Of a DNA stretch of 64,000 nt, positions 51,580 to 64,000 are shown piece by piece. A model generated the notes under the pieces. It saw only the letters and a list, made by a program, of their open reading frames with translations, was not told where the DNA came from and made no database searches. Source of the DNA: TPA_inf: Saccharomyces (Eukaryota); NCBI GenBank assembly GCA_000146045.2, contig BK006944.2, positions 384,001-448,000 of the forward strand. The letters are read 5' to 3'. The translations under genes and the position numbers were made by a program. The number at the start of each line of letters is the position of its first letter. The first letter of the stretch is position 1.

Positions 51580-52785
51580 ATGGCAAACCCTTTTTCGAGA
51601 TGGTTTCTATCAGAGAGACCTCCAAACTGCCATGTAGCCGATTTAGAAACAAGTTTAGATCCCCATCAAACGTTGTTGAAGGTGCAAAAATACAAACCCG
51701 CTTTAAGCGACTGGGTGCATTACATCTTCTTGGGATCCATCATGCTGTTTGTGTTCATTACTAATCCCGCACCTTGGATCTTCAAGATCCTTTTTTATTG
51801 TTTCTTGGGCACTTTATTCATCATTCCAGCTACGTCACAGTTTTTCTTCAATGCCTTGCCCATCCTAACATGGGTGGCGCTGTATTTCACTTCATCGTAC
51901 TTTCCAGATGACCGCAGGCCTCCTATTACTGTCAAAGTGTTACCAGCGGTGGAAACAATTTTATACGGCGACAATTTAAGTGATATTCTTGCAACATCGA
52001 CGAATTCCTTTTTGGACATTTTAGCATGGTTACCGTACGGACTATTTCATTTTGGGGCCCCATTTGTCGTTGCTGCCATCTTATTCGTATTTGGTCCACC
52101 AACTGTTTTGCAAGGTTATGCTTTTGCATTTGGTTATATGAACCTGTTTGGTGTTATCATGCAAAATGTCTTTCCAGCCGCTCCCCCATGGTATAAAATT
52201 CTCTATGGATTGCAATCAGCCAACTATGATATGCATGGCTCGCCTGGTGGATTAGCTAGAATTGATAAGCTACTCGGTATTAATATGTATACTACAGCTT
52301 TTTCAAATTCCTCCGTCATTTTCGGTGCTTTTCCTTCACTGCATTCCGGGTGTGCTACTATGGAAGCCCTGTTTTTCTGTTATTGTTTTCCAAAATTGAA
52401 GCCCTTGTTTATTGCTTATGTTTGCTGGTTATGGTGGTCAACTATGTATCTGACACACCATTATTTTGTAGACCTTATGGCAGGTTCTGTGCTGTCATAC
52501 GTTATTTTCCAGTACACAAAGTACACACATTTACCAATTGTAGATACATCTCTTTTTTGCAGATGGTCATACACTTCAATTGAGAAATACGATATATCAA
52601 AGAGTGATCCATTGGCTGCAGATTCAAACGATATCGAAAGTGTCCCTTTGTCCAACTTGGAACTTGACTTTGATCTTAATATGACTGATGAACCCAGTGT
52701 AAGCCCTTCGTTATTTGATGGATCTACTTCTGTTTCTCGTTCGTCCGCCACGTCTATAACGTCACTAGGTGTAAAGAGGGCTTAA
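51580..52785 (+). CDS. AUR1: Inositol phosphorylceramide synthase catalytic subunit (YKL004W), 401 aa
   Basis: Multi-pass membrane protein. The track ORF has 38 extra upstream codons; I place the start at MANPFSRWFLSERPP (51580). Confidence 0.9.
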   Translation: MANPFSRWFLSERPPNCHVADLETSLDPHQTLLKVQKYKPALSDWVHYIFLGSIMLFVFITNPAPWIFKILFYCFLGTLFIIPATSQFFFNALPILTWVALYFTSSYFPDDRRPPITVKVLPAVETILYGDNLSDILATSTNSFLDILAWLPYGLFHFGAPFVVAAILFVFGPPTVLQGYAFAFGYMNLFGVIMQNVFPAAPPWYKILYGLQSANYDMHGSPGGLARIDKLLGINMYTTAFSNSSVIFGAFPSLHSGCATMEALFFCYCFPKLKPLFIAYVCWLWWSTMYLTHHYFVDLMAGSVLSYVIFQYTKYTHLPIVDTSLFCRWSYTSIEKYDISKSDPLAADSNDIESVPLSNLELDFDLNMTDEPSVSPSLFDGSTSVSRSSATSITSLGVKRA

Positions 52786-53096
52786 TGAGTATTTTATCTG
52801 CAATTACGGATACGGTTGGTCTTATGTAGATACATATAAATATATATCTTTTTCTTTCTTTTTCTTAGTCAGGATTGTCGTTTAGCATAATATACATGTA
52901 GTTTATTTAATCACATACCACTGATTATCTTTAGAATTTTATAAATTTTTGAAATAAATGGGTGGCTTTTAATGGTGTCTATGTTAAGTGAGGCTTTTAG
53001 AATGCTCTTCCTGCTTTGTTTATTATATGTGTATGAAAGATATGTATGTATTTACATGTGTTTGTAGCGTCCCCAGTCAAAACCTGTGCGCTATAC

Positions 53097-53516
<420 letters not shown>

Positions 53517-53777
53517 TTATTCTTTCCTCTGTTGAAGCTTTTCTATTTTGTTTAAGCTGAACTAGTGGGAGTTTCCATTAAAAGGCTAAAGTCTTGTTGA
53601 AACTTTTCCGGGTTAGATGATAACTGCGAAAAGATAGATAAAATCAGCATTAAAGGGACTTCGTCTCCTCCTAATCAGAAATCATCCTTTCGAATTATGC
53701 GTATTCAGTTGAAGCGTATTTGTGACCAGTGTACTTCAAGGCTGATTGTTTCACCCTTGGACACAGAACGTTAAACA

Positions 53778-54544
53778 ATGAGTTTGTTTGAGTGGGTATT
53801 TGGAAAGAATGTCACTCCGCAAGAGAGGTTAAAAAAAGTATGTTGTTCTGTATTTGGATCAGTTATTTTAGTGAACATACTAACGTTAATTATTTGAGTT
53901 TTTAGAATCAAAGGGCTTTAGAAAGGACTCAGAGGGAGCTTGAAAGAGAAAAGAGAAAATTGGAACTACAAGATAAAAAACTTGTATCAGAAATTAAAAA
54001 ATCGGCAAAGAATGGGCAAGTTGCAGCTGCGAAAGTTCAAGCAAAAGATTTAGTAAGAACCCGGAATTACATCCAAAAATTTGACAACATGAAAGCTCAA
54101 CTTCAGGCGATATCATTGAGAATACAGGCCGTTCGAAGTAGTGACCAAATGACACGTTCTATGAGCGAGGCCACTGGTCTTTTGGCTGGAATGAACAGAA
54201 CAATGAATCTACCTCAGTTGCAAAGGATATCGATGGAGTTTGAAAAGCAGAGTGATTTGATGGGTCAACGACAGGAATTCATGGACGAAGCTATTGATAA
54301 CGTCATGGGTGATGAGGTGGATGAAGACGAAGAAGCTGACGAAATTGTAAATAAAGTTCTTGATGAGATTGGAGTGGATTTGAATTCACAGTTGCAAAGC
54401 ACGCCTCAAAATCTGGTTTCTAATGCGCCGATCGCAGAAACAGCGATGGGGATTCCTGAACCTATTGGCGCCGGATCAGAATTTCACGGTAATCCTGACG
54501 ATGACTTGCAAGCTCGGTTGAACACTTTGAAGAAGCAGACTTGA
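53778..54544 (+). CDS. DID4: ESCRT-III subunit Vps2/CHMP2 (YKL002W), 232 aa, spliced: exon 1 is 53778..53837 (20 codons), exon 2 is 53906..54544
   Basis: Exon 1 MSLFEWVFGKNVTPQERLKK ends at GTATGT (53838-53843). TACTAAC at 53878-53884. 3' splice site TTTAG ends at 53905; exon 2 NQRALERTQRELEREKRKLELQDKK... The Snf7-family fold is only reconstituted after splicing. Confidence 0.92.
53838..53905 (+). other. DID4: DID4 intron (68 nt)
   Basis: GTATGT / TACTAAC / TAG; the join restores the reading frame (exon 2 is in frame with the 53960 track ORF). Confidence 0.9.
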
Positions 54545-54776
54545 GCGCTCTGAGTATATTTAATGAATAATAGGTCTATACTATAATACATCAACTACTG
54601 ATATCAAAGTAGGCACTTAGAATCAAAAGGCTTCCGAAAATTTGTTCAGTTTTTCACTTTACTCAATCTCGTCACTAAAGTTTTCTTTTTTTTTCGAATG
54701 AATCCTCGAATAAATATGTTCTATATTATATATATACATCTTTTATATATCATTAAATGTACAGTAATCGGTCAAA

Positions 54777-55385
54777 TTACAAATGCTTACGGATGATTTT
54801 TTCACTGATTAAGTACTCATAAATAATGGTAGCACATTCTTCAACCGTCTTCTGGTCGGTTCTCAAATGTAGCTCTGGAGCTTTTGGCGCTTCATATGGG
54901 GCAGAAATACCTGTAAACTCCTTGATTACACCCTCCCTAGCTTTCTTGTATAAACCCTTAGGGTCCCTTTGCTCAGCGACTTCTAATGGAACATCAACAA
55001 ATATTTCAATGAACTTCAAACCAGCCTCCTTATGTAGTTCACGAGCTCTATCTCTGTCAACTCTGTATGGAGAGATAAATGAGGTGATTGAAATAGCACA
55101 TGAATCAGCAAATAGCTTAGAAACTTCGCTAATTCTACGAATGTTTTCATTTCTGTCCTTTTCTGAGAAACCCAAATCCTTGTTCAATCCAAAACGAATG
55201 TTGTCACCATCCAATCTATATGCAGACAAGTTTTTTTGGAGCAGTAACTGTTCTAGCGCACAGGCGATTGTACTTTTACCTGACGCACTTAGACCTGTTA
55301 ACCAAATAGTACAACCGTCCTGTTTTCTCAATGCCTTGCGTTCGTCGTAAGTAAGATTTGGATGCCAAGTAATATTAGTAGCCAT
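54777..55385 (-). CDS. MET14: Adenylylsulfate (APS) kinase (YKL001C), 202 aa
   Basis: P-loop [16 protein letters not shown]. The track ORF has 11 extra codons; I place the start at [16 protein letters not shown] (55385). Confidence 0.92.
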
Positions 55386-55570
55386 TGGTGTACAGTGTGC
55401 TTGGAGAAATAATTCCAACTTTTCTTGATGTCAAGTTCGAACAAAGAGAGAAAATGAACGACATTAACGGATACGCAACTGATGTTGTATAGAAATTTTG
55501 CATCTTATATAGATATTTTGACAAATTCATGAAGTTGAAGTCATATTGAGTCGTTCATCCTCTTCTCCAT

Positions 55571-55613
55571 TGCCACATTTTTTGAGGTGGCTTGTAAATA
55601 TATTGATCACGTG
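55571..55613 (-). promoter_or_regulatory. MET14 promoter: Cbf1 site ATCACGTG (55606-55613) and Met31/Met32-like TGTGGC core (55571-55579, AATGTGGCA on the gene strand)
   Basis: Classic sulfur-regulon architecture (Cbf1-Met4-Met28 plus Met31/32), 185-230 bp upstream of the MET14 ATG. Confidence 0.6.
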
Positions 55614-56127
55614 AAATTAGTGGCACGGTCTTTTATTCCTGGAAAAGCGTGCAGCTATTTTTCGAGAATAATGTAAGGTACCGTGGGTGCCGTACCATCA
55701 CGCCGAAATGAAAGCAACTGTATTCTTTAATGTTACGCATTCTTGGTTGTTGGCTTATTTACATTTCTCGCGAGCTGGTGATGAGCCAAATGTCGTAGTG
55801 GAATGATTCTAGAAGTGCAGAGTTATCTGCTACATTGCCAAGGCGTCGTAACCGGGAGGGCTCACAAAGGCGCTTGCTCTAAACATGCATAGGGAAATTT
55901 GAAAATGATTGTTATGAGTAAACCTGTTAATGCTCCTTTAAACGTAATCTTATTTCACCAATTTTAAAAAAAGAAATTGGTAATTAACCTCACCTAACTT
56001 CTGTAATCACTTGTCAACGCTATTTACAATTTTGCTTTGATTTATACAGAGGAAGCAGTTTACTCTCCTTTCTATGTGTATTTGATTATTTTAATTACCA
56101 AGAAAACAAATTCTCGTAACATTCTTA

Positions 56128-56246
56128 TTTTATACGTTCGGAAATCATGAACATTTATTTTTATGATTATGTAATTAAAAAAATATAATAAATTTATTTT
56201 GAAAATTAATTTTTTTAAAATTTTAAATATGTTTTTATCATGTGAC
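56128..56246 (-). other. CEN11: Point centromere CEN11: CDEIII (plus 56128-56152), CDEII (56153-56238, 86 bp, more than 90% A+T), CDEI (plus 56239-56246)
   Basis: On the minus strand the element reads GTCACATG (CDEI, RTCACRTG), then an 86-bp A/T tract, then TGTTCATGATTTCCGAACGTATAAA (CDEIII with the invariant CCG). It lies between MET14 and VPS1 as expected for chromosome XI. Confidence 0.9.
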
Positions 56247-56607
56247 TTATGAAAATGATATTTACGGTTCAAGAGAAAGATAAATGCAGAATCAATCAAT
56301 ACAATGAATAGTACCTTATTTAGTATTGGACCATTGAGGTATTAGGTATTAGTAGAAATATCCTAAACACTAGTATTGACAAAAGAATAATATTATATGC
56401 TATCAATTATCATTCCCATCCTCATGTTGACCTTCTTCATATTGGACAAAAGATACTAGGATCGTAATGCGAGATAGGAAATTCTTCAAAAGCATAATTT
56501 ATAGACTAGCTTCCACGTATACAAGAACAATATATAAGATTTGCAGTAAATATTAGGGAGAAATACTCAAAACCAAGCTTGAGTCGACCGGTATAGATGA
56601 GGAAAAC

Positions 56608-58722
56608 CTAAACAGAGGAGACGATTTGACTAGCGTTTCTCAATATCTCGACCATCTTCTTACATTCTTTTCTTCTTTGAATGGTTATGTCGTTTTCTTT
56701 CGTTAATTCTTCAATATCTTGCTTTCCGTAAAGTTTTTCGAGTAAAACTTTCTGAATATCAGTTTTACTTTTCACAATCAATTTAAGCATCAAAGCCTTT
56801 GGTATAATATCGGCAATGGTTCTTTTGACAATAGAGAAATAACTACTAATCAACAACTTGATTACTTCTGTTTCCATTGTTTCCCTCTCTGTCATTTGGC
56901 CAGTAGCTTTTAAAACAGGAGGTGGGGATTCCAAAGCTGCCAATTTCTTCTTGTTTTTAGTGGAGAAGAACCCACCAAAAAATCCTGATTTCTCTTCCAT
57001 AACTGGCGCCTTACTAGACGATGGTTGGGTTGGTAATGGTTTACCCGTCTTTGGGTCAACAGCGACTTGGCGAGGATGTAATTTTTCTTCCACCATAACC
57101 ATTGCTTGAGAACCCTTCAAAAGGTCGGGATGGGCTGTATTGATGTAAGTTTGTTCAGCTTTGATGATATCGACAACAAACTCATTCGTAGGAATAGTAG
57201 CATCCTTTAAGAACTGAATGAACTGATTAGAAATCGCTTCTCTTAGAGCAGGATACCTTGAGTACTTTGGTTGTGAAATAATCTGTTTTAGCATACGAAC
57301 AAGTTCATCAAACACCAGAGTAACTAAACGTAGAGATGGTTCTTCAAATCTTCTAATTTGCTGTTTAACTAAAACTTCAAAAGCTTCGGTACCGACAAAC
57401 AAAGATGGGGCAGAACCTGAACTATTGTACATAATGGTTCTGATATCAGAATCTTTGATCTGGTCGAATGGATCCAAAGAGTCTACACCATTTTTGAAAG
57501 TTTCATGGAATACGTAAGAAATTCTAGCACCACCAGAAAGTTCCTGACTGGAAAGCTCCTTCGCCTCACCGTCCAAGATACCGGCATATTCATTGGAAAA
57601 ATCAGTAATCATGCTCAAAACAACCGAACTAGCTGAATCCATAGTTTCTGGGCCCAAGTTTATAAGTTCGTTTTGATATTTTTTCAATGTGGCTTCGATT
57701 TTCGCTTTGATTTCTGGCAGAGTTTGCCTAATGTGGTGTAATAAGATTGAGTTTAACTTTTTAGCCAAATATGGTGTACCACAGTAATGAGCTTTAGAAC
57801 TGTAAGAGGGATGGTTCTCAAAAAATTTTCTTTCGTTTTCAAGGGCTTCTCTGATTGTTTTTTTGTGTTCAATATCCTTTTGACCTCTATTGATAACTGG
57901 GATATAACCATATCTCAAAGGAATGACTCTTCCAGCCAAAATATCTATGACATCTGTACCTTGATCCATCAAATCGACTTTTGTCAAGACACCAATAGTT
58001 CTCGTTCCTTCTGGATCGACCTCTCTAGCCAGCTTCAAACCATCGCTGTTGGCTAAATCGGTGTTAGCGGCATTAACAGATAATATGATAGCGTTTGGTT
58101 TCGAAATATACTTTAACAACATGTCCTTAATTTGTCTTTCAATATCAGGAGGTTGGTCACCTACGGGAACCTTCGTCAACCCAGGCAAATCCACTAACGT
58201 CAAAGTAAGAACATGCGGAGAATAAATTCTCAAGTTAATGGGCACAGAAGAAATACCTGAATTGGCACCTGTCACTTTGTCAGTTTCTTTGACGATTTCC
58301 TTTCTAATTTCGTCAAAATTATAAAACTTCTTACCAGGTAAATGCAAAAATTCACCCCATTCCTCTTTATTGTCTTCAGATTGTCCCTCGTTCTGGTGCT
58401 TTCCTGATTCATCCTTTTTCTTGTCATCATCGTTGATGTTCAAGTCAATCAATTCATTAGCAGTTTGGTTTACTTTAGCATGTTCTGACTTTTTTGGTCT
58501 CCTATTAATCAATTGTAACACTAAAGGTCTCCTGGTGACAATACCAGTACCTCTTGGCAAGAAATCCCTACCAACAATGTTCTCCAAAACGGACGACTTT
58601 CCTGACGACTGGGAACCGACAACAGTGATCTGTGGTAAATCAATAGGAGATTGAGATCCTCCTCCTAAGGGCGCCAAAGCGTCCTGAAGCTTGTTAATAG
58701 TAGAAATTAAATGCTCATCCAT
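56608..58722 (-). CDS. VPS1: Dynamin-like GTPase for vacuolar sorting and peroxisome fission (YKR001C), 704 aa
   Basis: Dynamin G domain ([31 protein letters not shown]) and GED; 704 aa. Confidence 0.95.
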
Positions 58723-59213
58723 GATATCTGATAATATAAAATGTGCAGTTTTCGTACGGTCCTTATTTTGGTGCTATAAAAGGCCTCTCTAATTCTTTTT
58801 TAGGAGTAAATAGATGAATTATCTCGGTCTGTCTTGGAAGATATGTTGTTCTCTTGATGGCAAAGCGACGCGAATCAACGGCGCCCAAGTCTTTGGGTGA
58901 CCCGGCCACTTAATAATGTTTGGGGAAGAAATCAATCCATTAGAACATTGGTTTTGGAAACTAGGCCAGTCCAAGCGCACAAGTGGTTTACCCTCGAGCA
59001 TTTTTCGACTATTAGAGGATTCAAGTATCTATCGAATTCTCTGAAGCTATCATACTATCCTCTGGACGATATTAGAACGATTTTTCAAGTGAAACGTTTT
59101 AGCAAAAGTTTAAAGACACTAAACTAGCTAAATAATTTCACTGTGAGCAAGTCTTTAAACGGTCTTTTTTGAATCAAAAGAGGCCTAGAATTAGCAAAAT
59201 ATTTAACGCATAA

Positions 59214-60938
<1,725 letters not shown>

Positions 60939-61380
60939 GACATTCCTATTTATAGTTGAATAGTTTATTAATATAGGTTAATCAGTCATAAACAAATTTG
61001 TACCCTTTTTTTTGAATCAAAGTACTTTTTTTACGAAGCAGTAAAACGTTTACGAGATTCTCTCTACATATGCTCTTTCGCGTGTAGCGACATTTTACCA
61101 TTAGGTGAGAATTTTGTGTTACAAGCTGGATGTCAGGATGATACCTTTGAAGGCATAGTTAAATTGGCTGGGAAAGGAACGGAACCTTTTCCTTTCCGAG
61201 TTTCGGCCAGATATTTAGGCTTTTTTTTTTCTGACGGAATAGGGGACCCAGGATTGACAAATATAACAAAACAAGCTTCAACGAGACGTTTATCTCGAGA
61301 ATTACGTCTGACAGTTACATGAAGTGTGAGTTCATGCAATCTGTACCTTTATTGACACAGATATACTAAAAGAAGTTACA

Positions 61381-62727
61381 ATGGGCTCCAAAAAACTGAC
61401 CGTAGGATCTGATTCGCACCGGTTGAGCAAATCCAGTTTTTCAAGTAATAAGTCGTCACATTCAGCAACAAAAGATCAGCCAATTGATACCGACGATATT
61501 GATGAAGACGATGAATCTGGTCATAATATTATCTTGAACATCATCTCACAATTGAGACCAGGCTGCGATTTGACCAGGATCACCTTGCCTACTTTTATTT
61601 TAGAAAAAAAATCGATGCTTGAACGTGTCACAAATCAGTTACAATTCCCTGAGTTTTTGTTACAGGCGCATTCAGAAAAGGACCCCTTGAAAAGATTTTT
61701 GTACGTAATGAAATGGTATTTGGCAGGCTGGCATATTGCTCCAAAGGCTGTAAAAAAACCATTGAACCCAGTCCTTGGTGAATATTTTACAGCTTATTGG
61801 GATCTACCAAACAAGCAGCAGGCATATTATATATCTGAACAGACAAGTCACCATCCTCCAGAATGTGCATATTTTTACATGATTCCTGAATCTTCGATTA
61901 GAGTGGATGGGGTCGTTATTCCTAAATCTAGATTTTTAGGTAATTCAAGTGCGGCCATGATGGATGGATCAACAGTCTTGCAATTTCTGGACATAAAGGA
62001 TGGAAACGGAAAGCCCGAAAAGTATGTTCTTACACAACCAAATGTATATGTAAGAGGAATTCTTTTTGGAAAAATGAGAATCGAACTTGGAGATCATATG
62101 ATAATTAAATCTCCTAACTTCCAAGCTGATATAGAGTTCAAGACAAAGGGATATGTTTTTGGAACTTACGATGCAATCGAAGGGACTGTAAAGGATTATG
62201 ATGGCAATGCGTATTACGAAATATCTGGTAAATGGAATGACGTTATGTATTTAAAGGACTTAAAGCAACCTCGTTCTTCACCAAAAGTTTTCCTTGATAC
62301 TCATAAAGAGTCACCATTGAGACCAAAAGTTCGGCCATTGAGCGAGCAAGGTGAATATGAATCCAGAAAACTGTGGAAAAAGGTTACAGATGCGTTGGCC
62401 GTTCGCAATCATCCTGTTGCGACAGAAGAAAAATTTCAGATTGAAGATCACCAAAGACAGTTAGCCAAAAAACGCATTGAAGATGGCGTAGAATTTCATC
62501 CAAAGTTGTTTAGAAGATCAAAGCCTGGCGAAGATCTTGACTATTGTATTTATAAAAATATCCCTGTCGACGAGGACCCTGAGAAGCAAATACGAAGCAT
62601 ATTGCAAATAGCACCTATTTTACCTGGTCAACAATTTACCGACAAATTTTTCATCCCCGCATTTGAGAAAATAAAATCACAAAAGAAGATGATTGAAAAC
62701 GAAAAGCAGAACCCAGCAAAACAATAG
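61381..62727 (+). CDS. OSH6: Oxysterol-binding-protein homologue, PS/PI4P lipid transfer (YKR003W), 448 aa
   Basis: OSBP fingerprint EQTSHHPPECAYFY; 448 aa. Confidence 0.9.
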   Translation: MGSKKLTVGSDSHRLSKSSFSSNKSSHSATKDQPIDTDDIDEDDESGHNIILNIISQLRPGCDLTRITLPTFILEKKSMLERVTNQLQFPEFLLQAHSEKDPLKRFLYVMKWYLAGWHIAPKAVKKPLNPVLGEYFTAYWDLPNKQQAYYISEQTSHHPPECAYFYMIPESSIRVDGVVIPKSRFLGNSSAAMMDGSTVLQFLDIKDGNGKPEKYVLTQPNVYVRGILFGKMRIELGDHMIIKSPNFQADIEFKTKGYVFGTYDAIEGTVKDYDGNAYYEISGKWNDVMYLKDLKQPRSSPKVFLDTHKESPLRPKVRPLSEQGEYESRKLWKKVTDALAVRNHPVATEEKFQIEDHQRQLAKKRIEDGVEFHPKLFRRSKPGEDLDYCIYKNIPVDEDPEKQIRSILQIAPILPGQQFTDKFFIPAFEKIKSQKKMIENEKQNPAKQ

Positions 62728-62798
62728 TGTATATGTTGGATATGATATTTGTTGTAAATTATAGATTAGTTTTTTTATATGTTTTTCTTTTTTTTGTT

Positions 62799-64000
62799 CT
62801 AACTATCTGATTGTTCTTTCTTATTTTTATCCAAAAACTTATTTAAGAAAAGCTTTTTATAGCCAAAATGTGCAAAATTCACAGAAGTTAGAAGATCGTT
62901 TGAAAATTTCTCAGGTACTATTGGAGTATTATTTATCATTTTGATATGACCACTGTTCTCTTCAAAATTCAGAATTTCATTTCTCCAAGTCAATAAGACA
63001 GAGTCCATTTCAATTCTAAGGGTGATATTAAATTTCGTAATTTGCAGAAGACACAGATATGGAGGCCAATCTGCAGCATACGTTCGATCAATCCATTTTA
63101 CTAATTCCTGAGTAAATGCATCCGCAGGCTGTACTTGAAAATTCAAATCCACTTTATTTATCTTGAACGGAACATTAAAAGAGCTTGTTAGTCTTTGAAA
63201 ATCACGTATATTATCGGTTTTTTTTTCCTCCTGCTGGCATACCATATATGCTAATGCGCTCCATGAGGAACAATCCTTAACATTTTGAAAGCAAAATCTC
63301 TTAGTCAAATTGAAGAGCTCAATTCTTTTATTGTAAGGTAAATTATCGTAGAACCACCTAGCAGTATTCCAACAGTAGTAATTAGAGAAATGTTGGGATC
63401 CAGAAGAATGAAATACAAATAAAATATCTGGAAGAACCAGTGTATTAGCATCAAGAGATAAAACGAATAGTTTTCGGTATAATATCCAAAGAGATGACGA
63501 CTTGTTGATACGATTGTTTGATGAACAAAGAAGCCGTTGAATCAGTCTTACTTCTTTGACCAATAAATCCGGTATTACTAAAACACTGTTGTCCTGGAAG
63601 TATCTCTTGAGTAAATCTTCGTGTACATTATATACCGTTTTGTTTTCAGGTGTTGTAAGTAGAAATCCAACAGTCATGTAATAAATATTCTCATTAGAAA
63701 TGCCGCCTAATTTACATCAATATGTAGAATTGTTAGTAGCCGTAACAATGAATCCAAAATGCGTATTGTAAAATAGCAATAGTTTTTTGTATTTTACCGT
63801 TGAGACATACTTTGATCAGAGAAAGTTTTGTTAAAATATGTATGTGCTTCTTGGAAAAGAGATAAAAATGTTGTTTTGAAGATAATTAGTTCTATGGAAT
63901 GGGCTTTTTCGTCTACGTAGTAAGGGAGAGTAATTGAAGGCTGATTGGCAGTAATGGTTAACCTGAAATCATGATAATCTAAATATGCAGTTATTTTTTC
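62799..64000 (-). CDS. ECM9: ECM9 (YKR004C), partial and spliced: exon 2 is 63706..62799; exon 1 begins at 63811 and continues past the window end with no start codon in the window
   Basis: 292-aa track ORF MTVGFLL.... Upstream on the minus strand there is a canonical intron: GTATGT (plus acatac 63805-63810), TACTAAC (plus gttagta 63732-63738), TAG 3' splice site at 63707. The exon-1 frame (…KTFSDQ|S GISNENIYYMTVG…) stays open to position 64000 without an ATG. I recall that this gene was re-annotated with an intron. Confidence 0.65.
63707..63810 (-). other. ECM9: ECM9 intron (104 nt)
   Basis: GTATGT / TACTAAC / TAG on the minus strand; branchpoint to 3' splice site distance is 25 nt. Confidence 0.6.

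Noticed and set aside
56072-56299. 75-aa minus-strand ORF
   Set aside because: It spans CDEI-CDEII-CDEIII of CEN11, and its A/T-rich codons are the CDEII tract. Not coding.

Overview
This window reads as the pericentromeric region of Saccharomyces cerevisiae chromosome XI. Gene order runs YKL029C (MAE1, 5' part only) through YKL001C (MET14), then CEN11, then YKR001C (VPS1) to YKR004C (ECM9, whose 5' exon runs off the window end). I identified genes by reading the supplied translations (Tfa1, Ura6 adenylate-kinase fold, Cdc16 TPRs, Spt23 IPT+ankyrin, Put3 Zn2Cys6, Ufd4 HECT, Vps1 dynamin, Pap1, Osh6 OSBP signature and others) and from the collinear YKL/YKR gene order; no database search was run. 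The window is gene-dense, with about 36 protein-coding genes, no tRNA, rRNA, Ty/LTR or CRISPR elements that I could see, one point centromere, and four spliced genes (SFT1, RPL14A, DID4, ECM9) with canonical GTATGT/TACTAAC/YAG signals. Several six-frame ORF starts lie upstream of the likely true start (MAK11, RAM2, PUT3, CCE1, AUR1, MET14). I see no evidence of a previously undescribed system; this is a well-characterised eukaryotic region. The points worth a second look are smaller: a questionable N-terminal extension of MAK11 that contains ribosome-biogenesis promoter motifs and a T10 tract, a 5-nt gap between a small conserved ORF and the URA6 start codon, two triple clusters of Cbf1/CDEI octamers in divergent promoters, and an unusually long (1.27 kb) upstream region of RPL14A containing a tandem 15-mer duplication.
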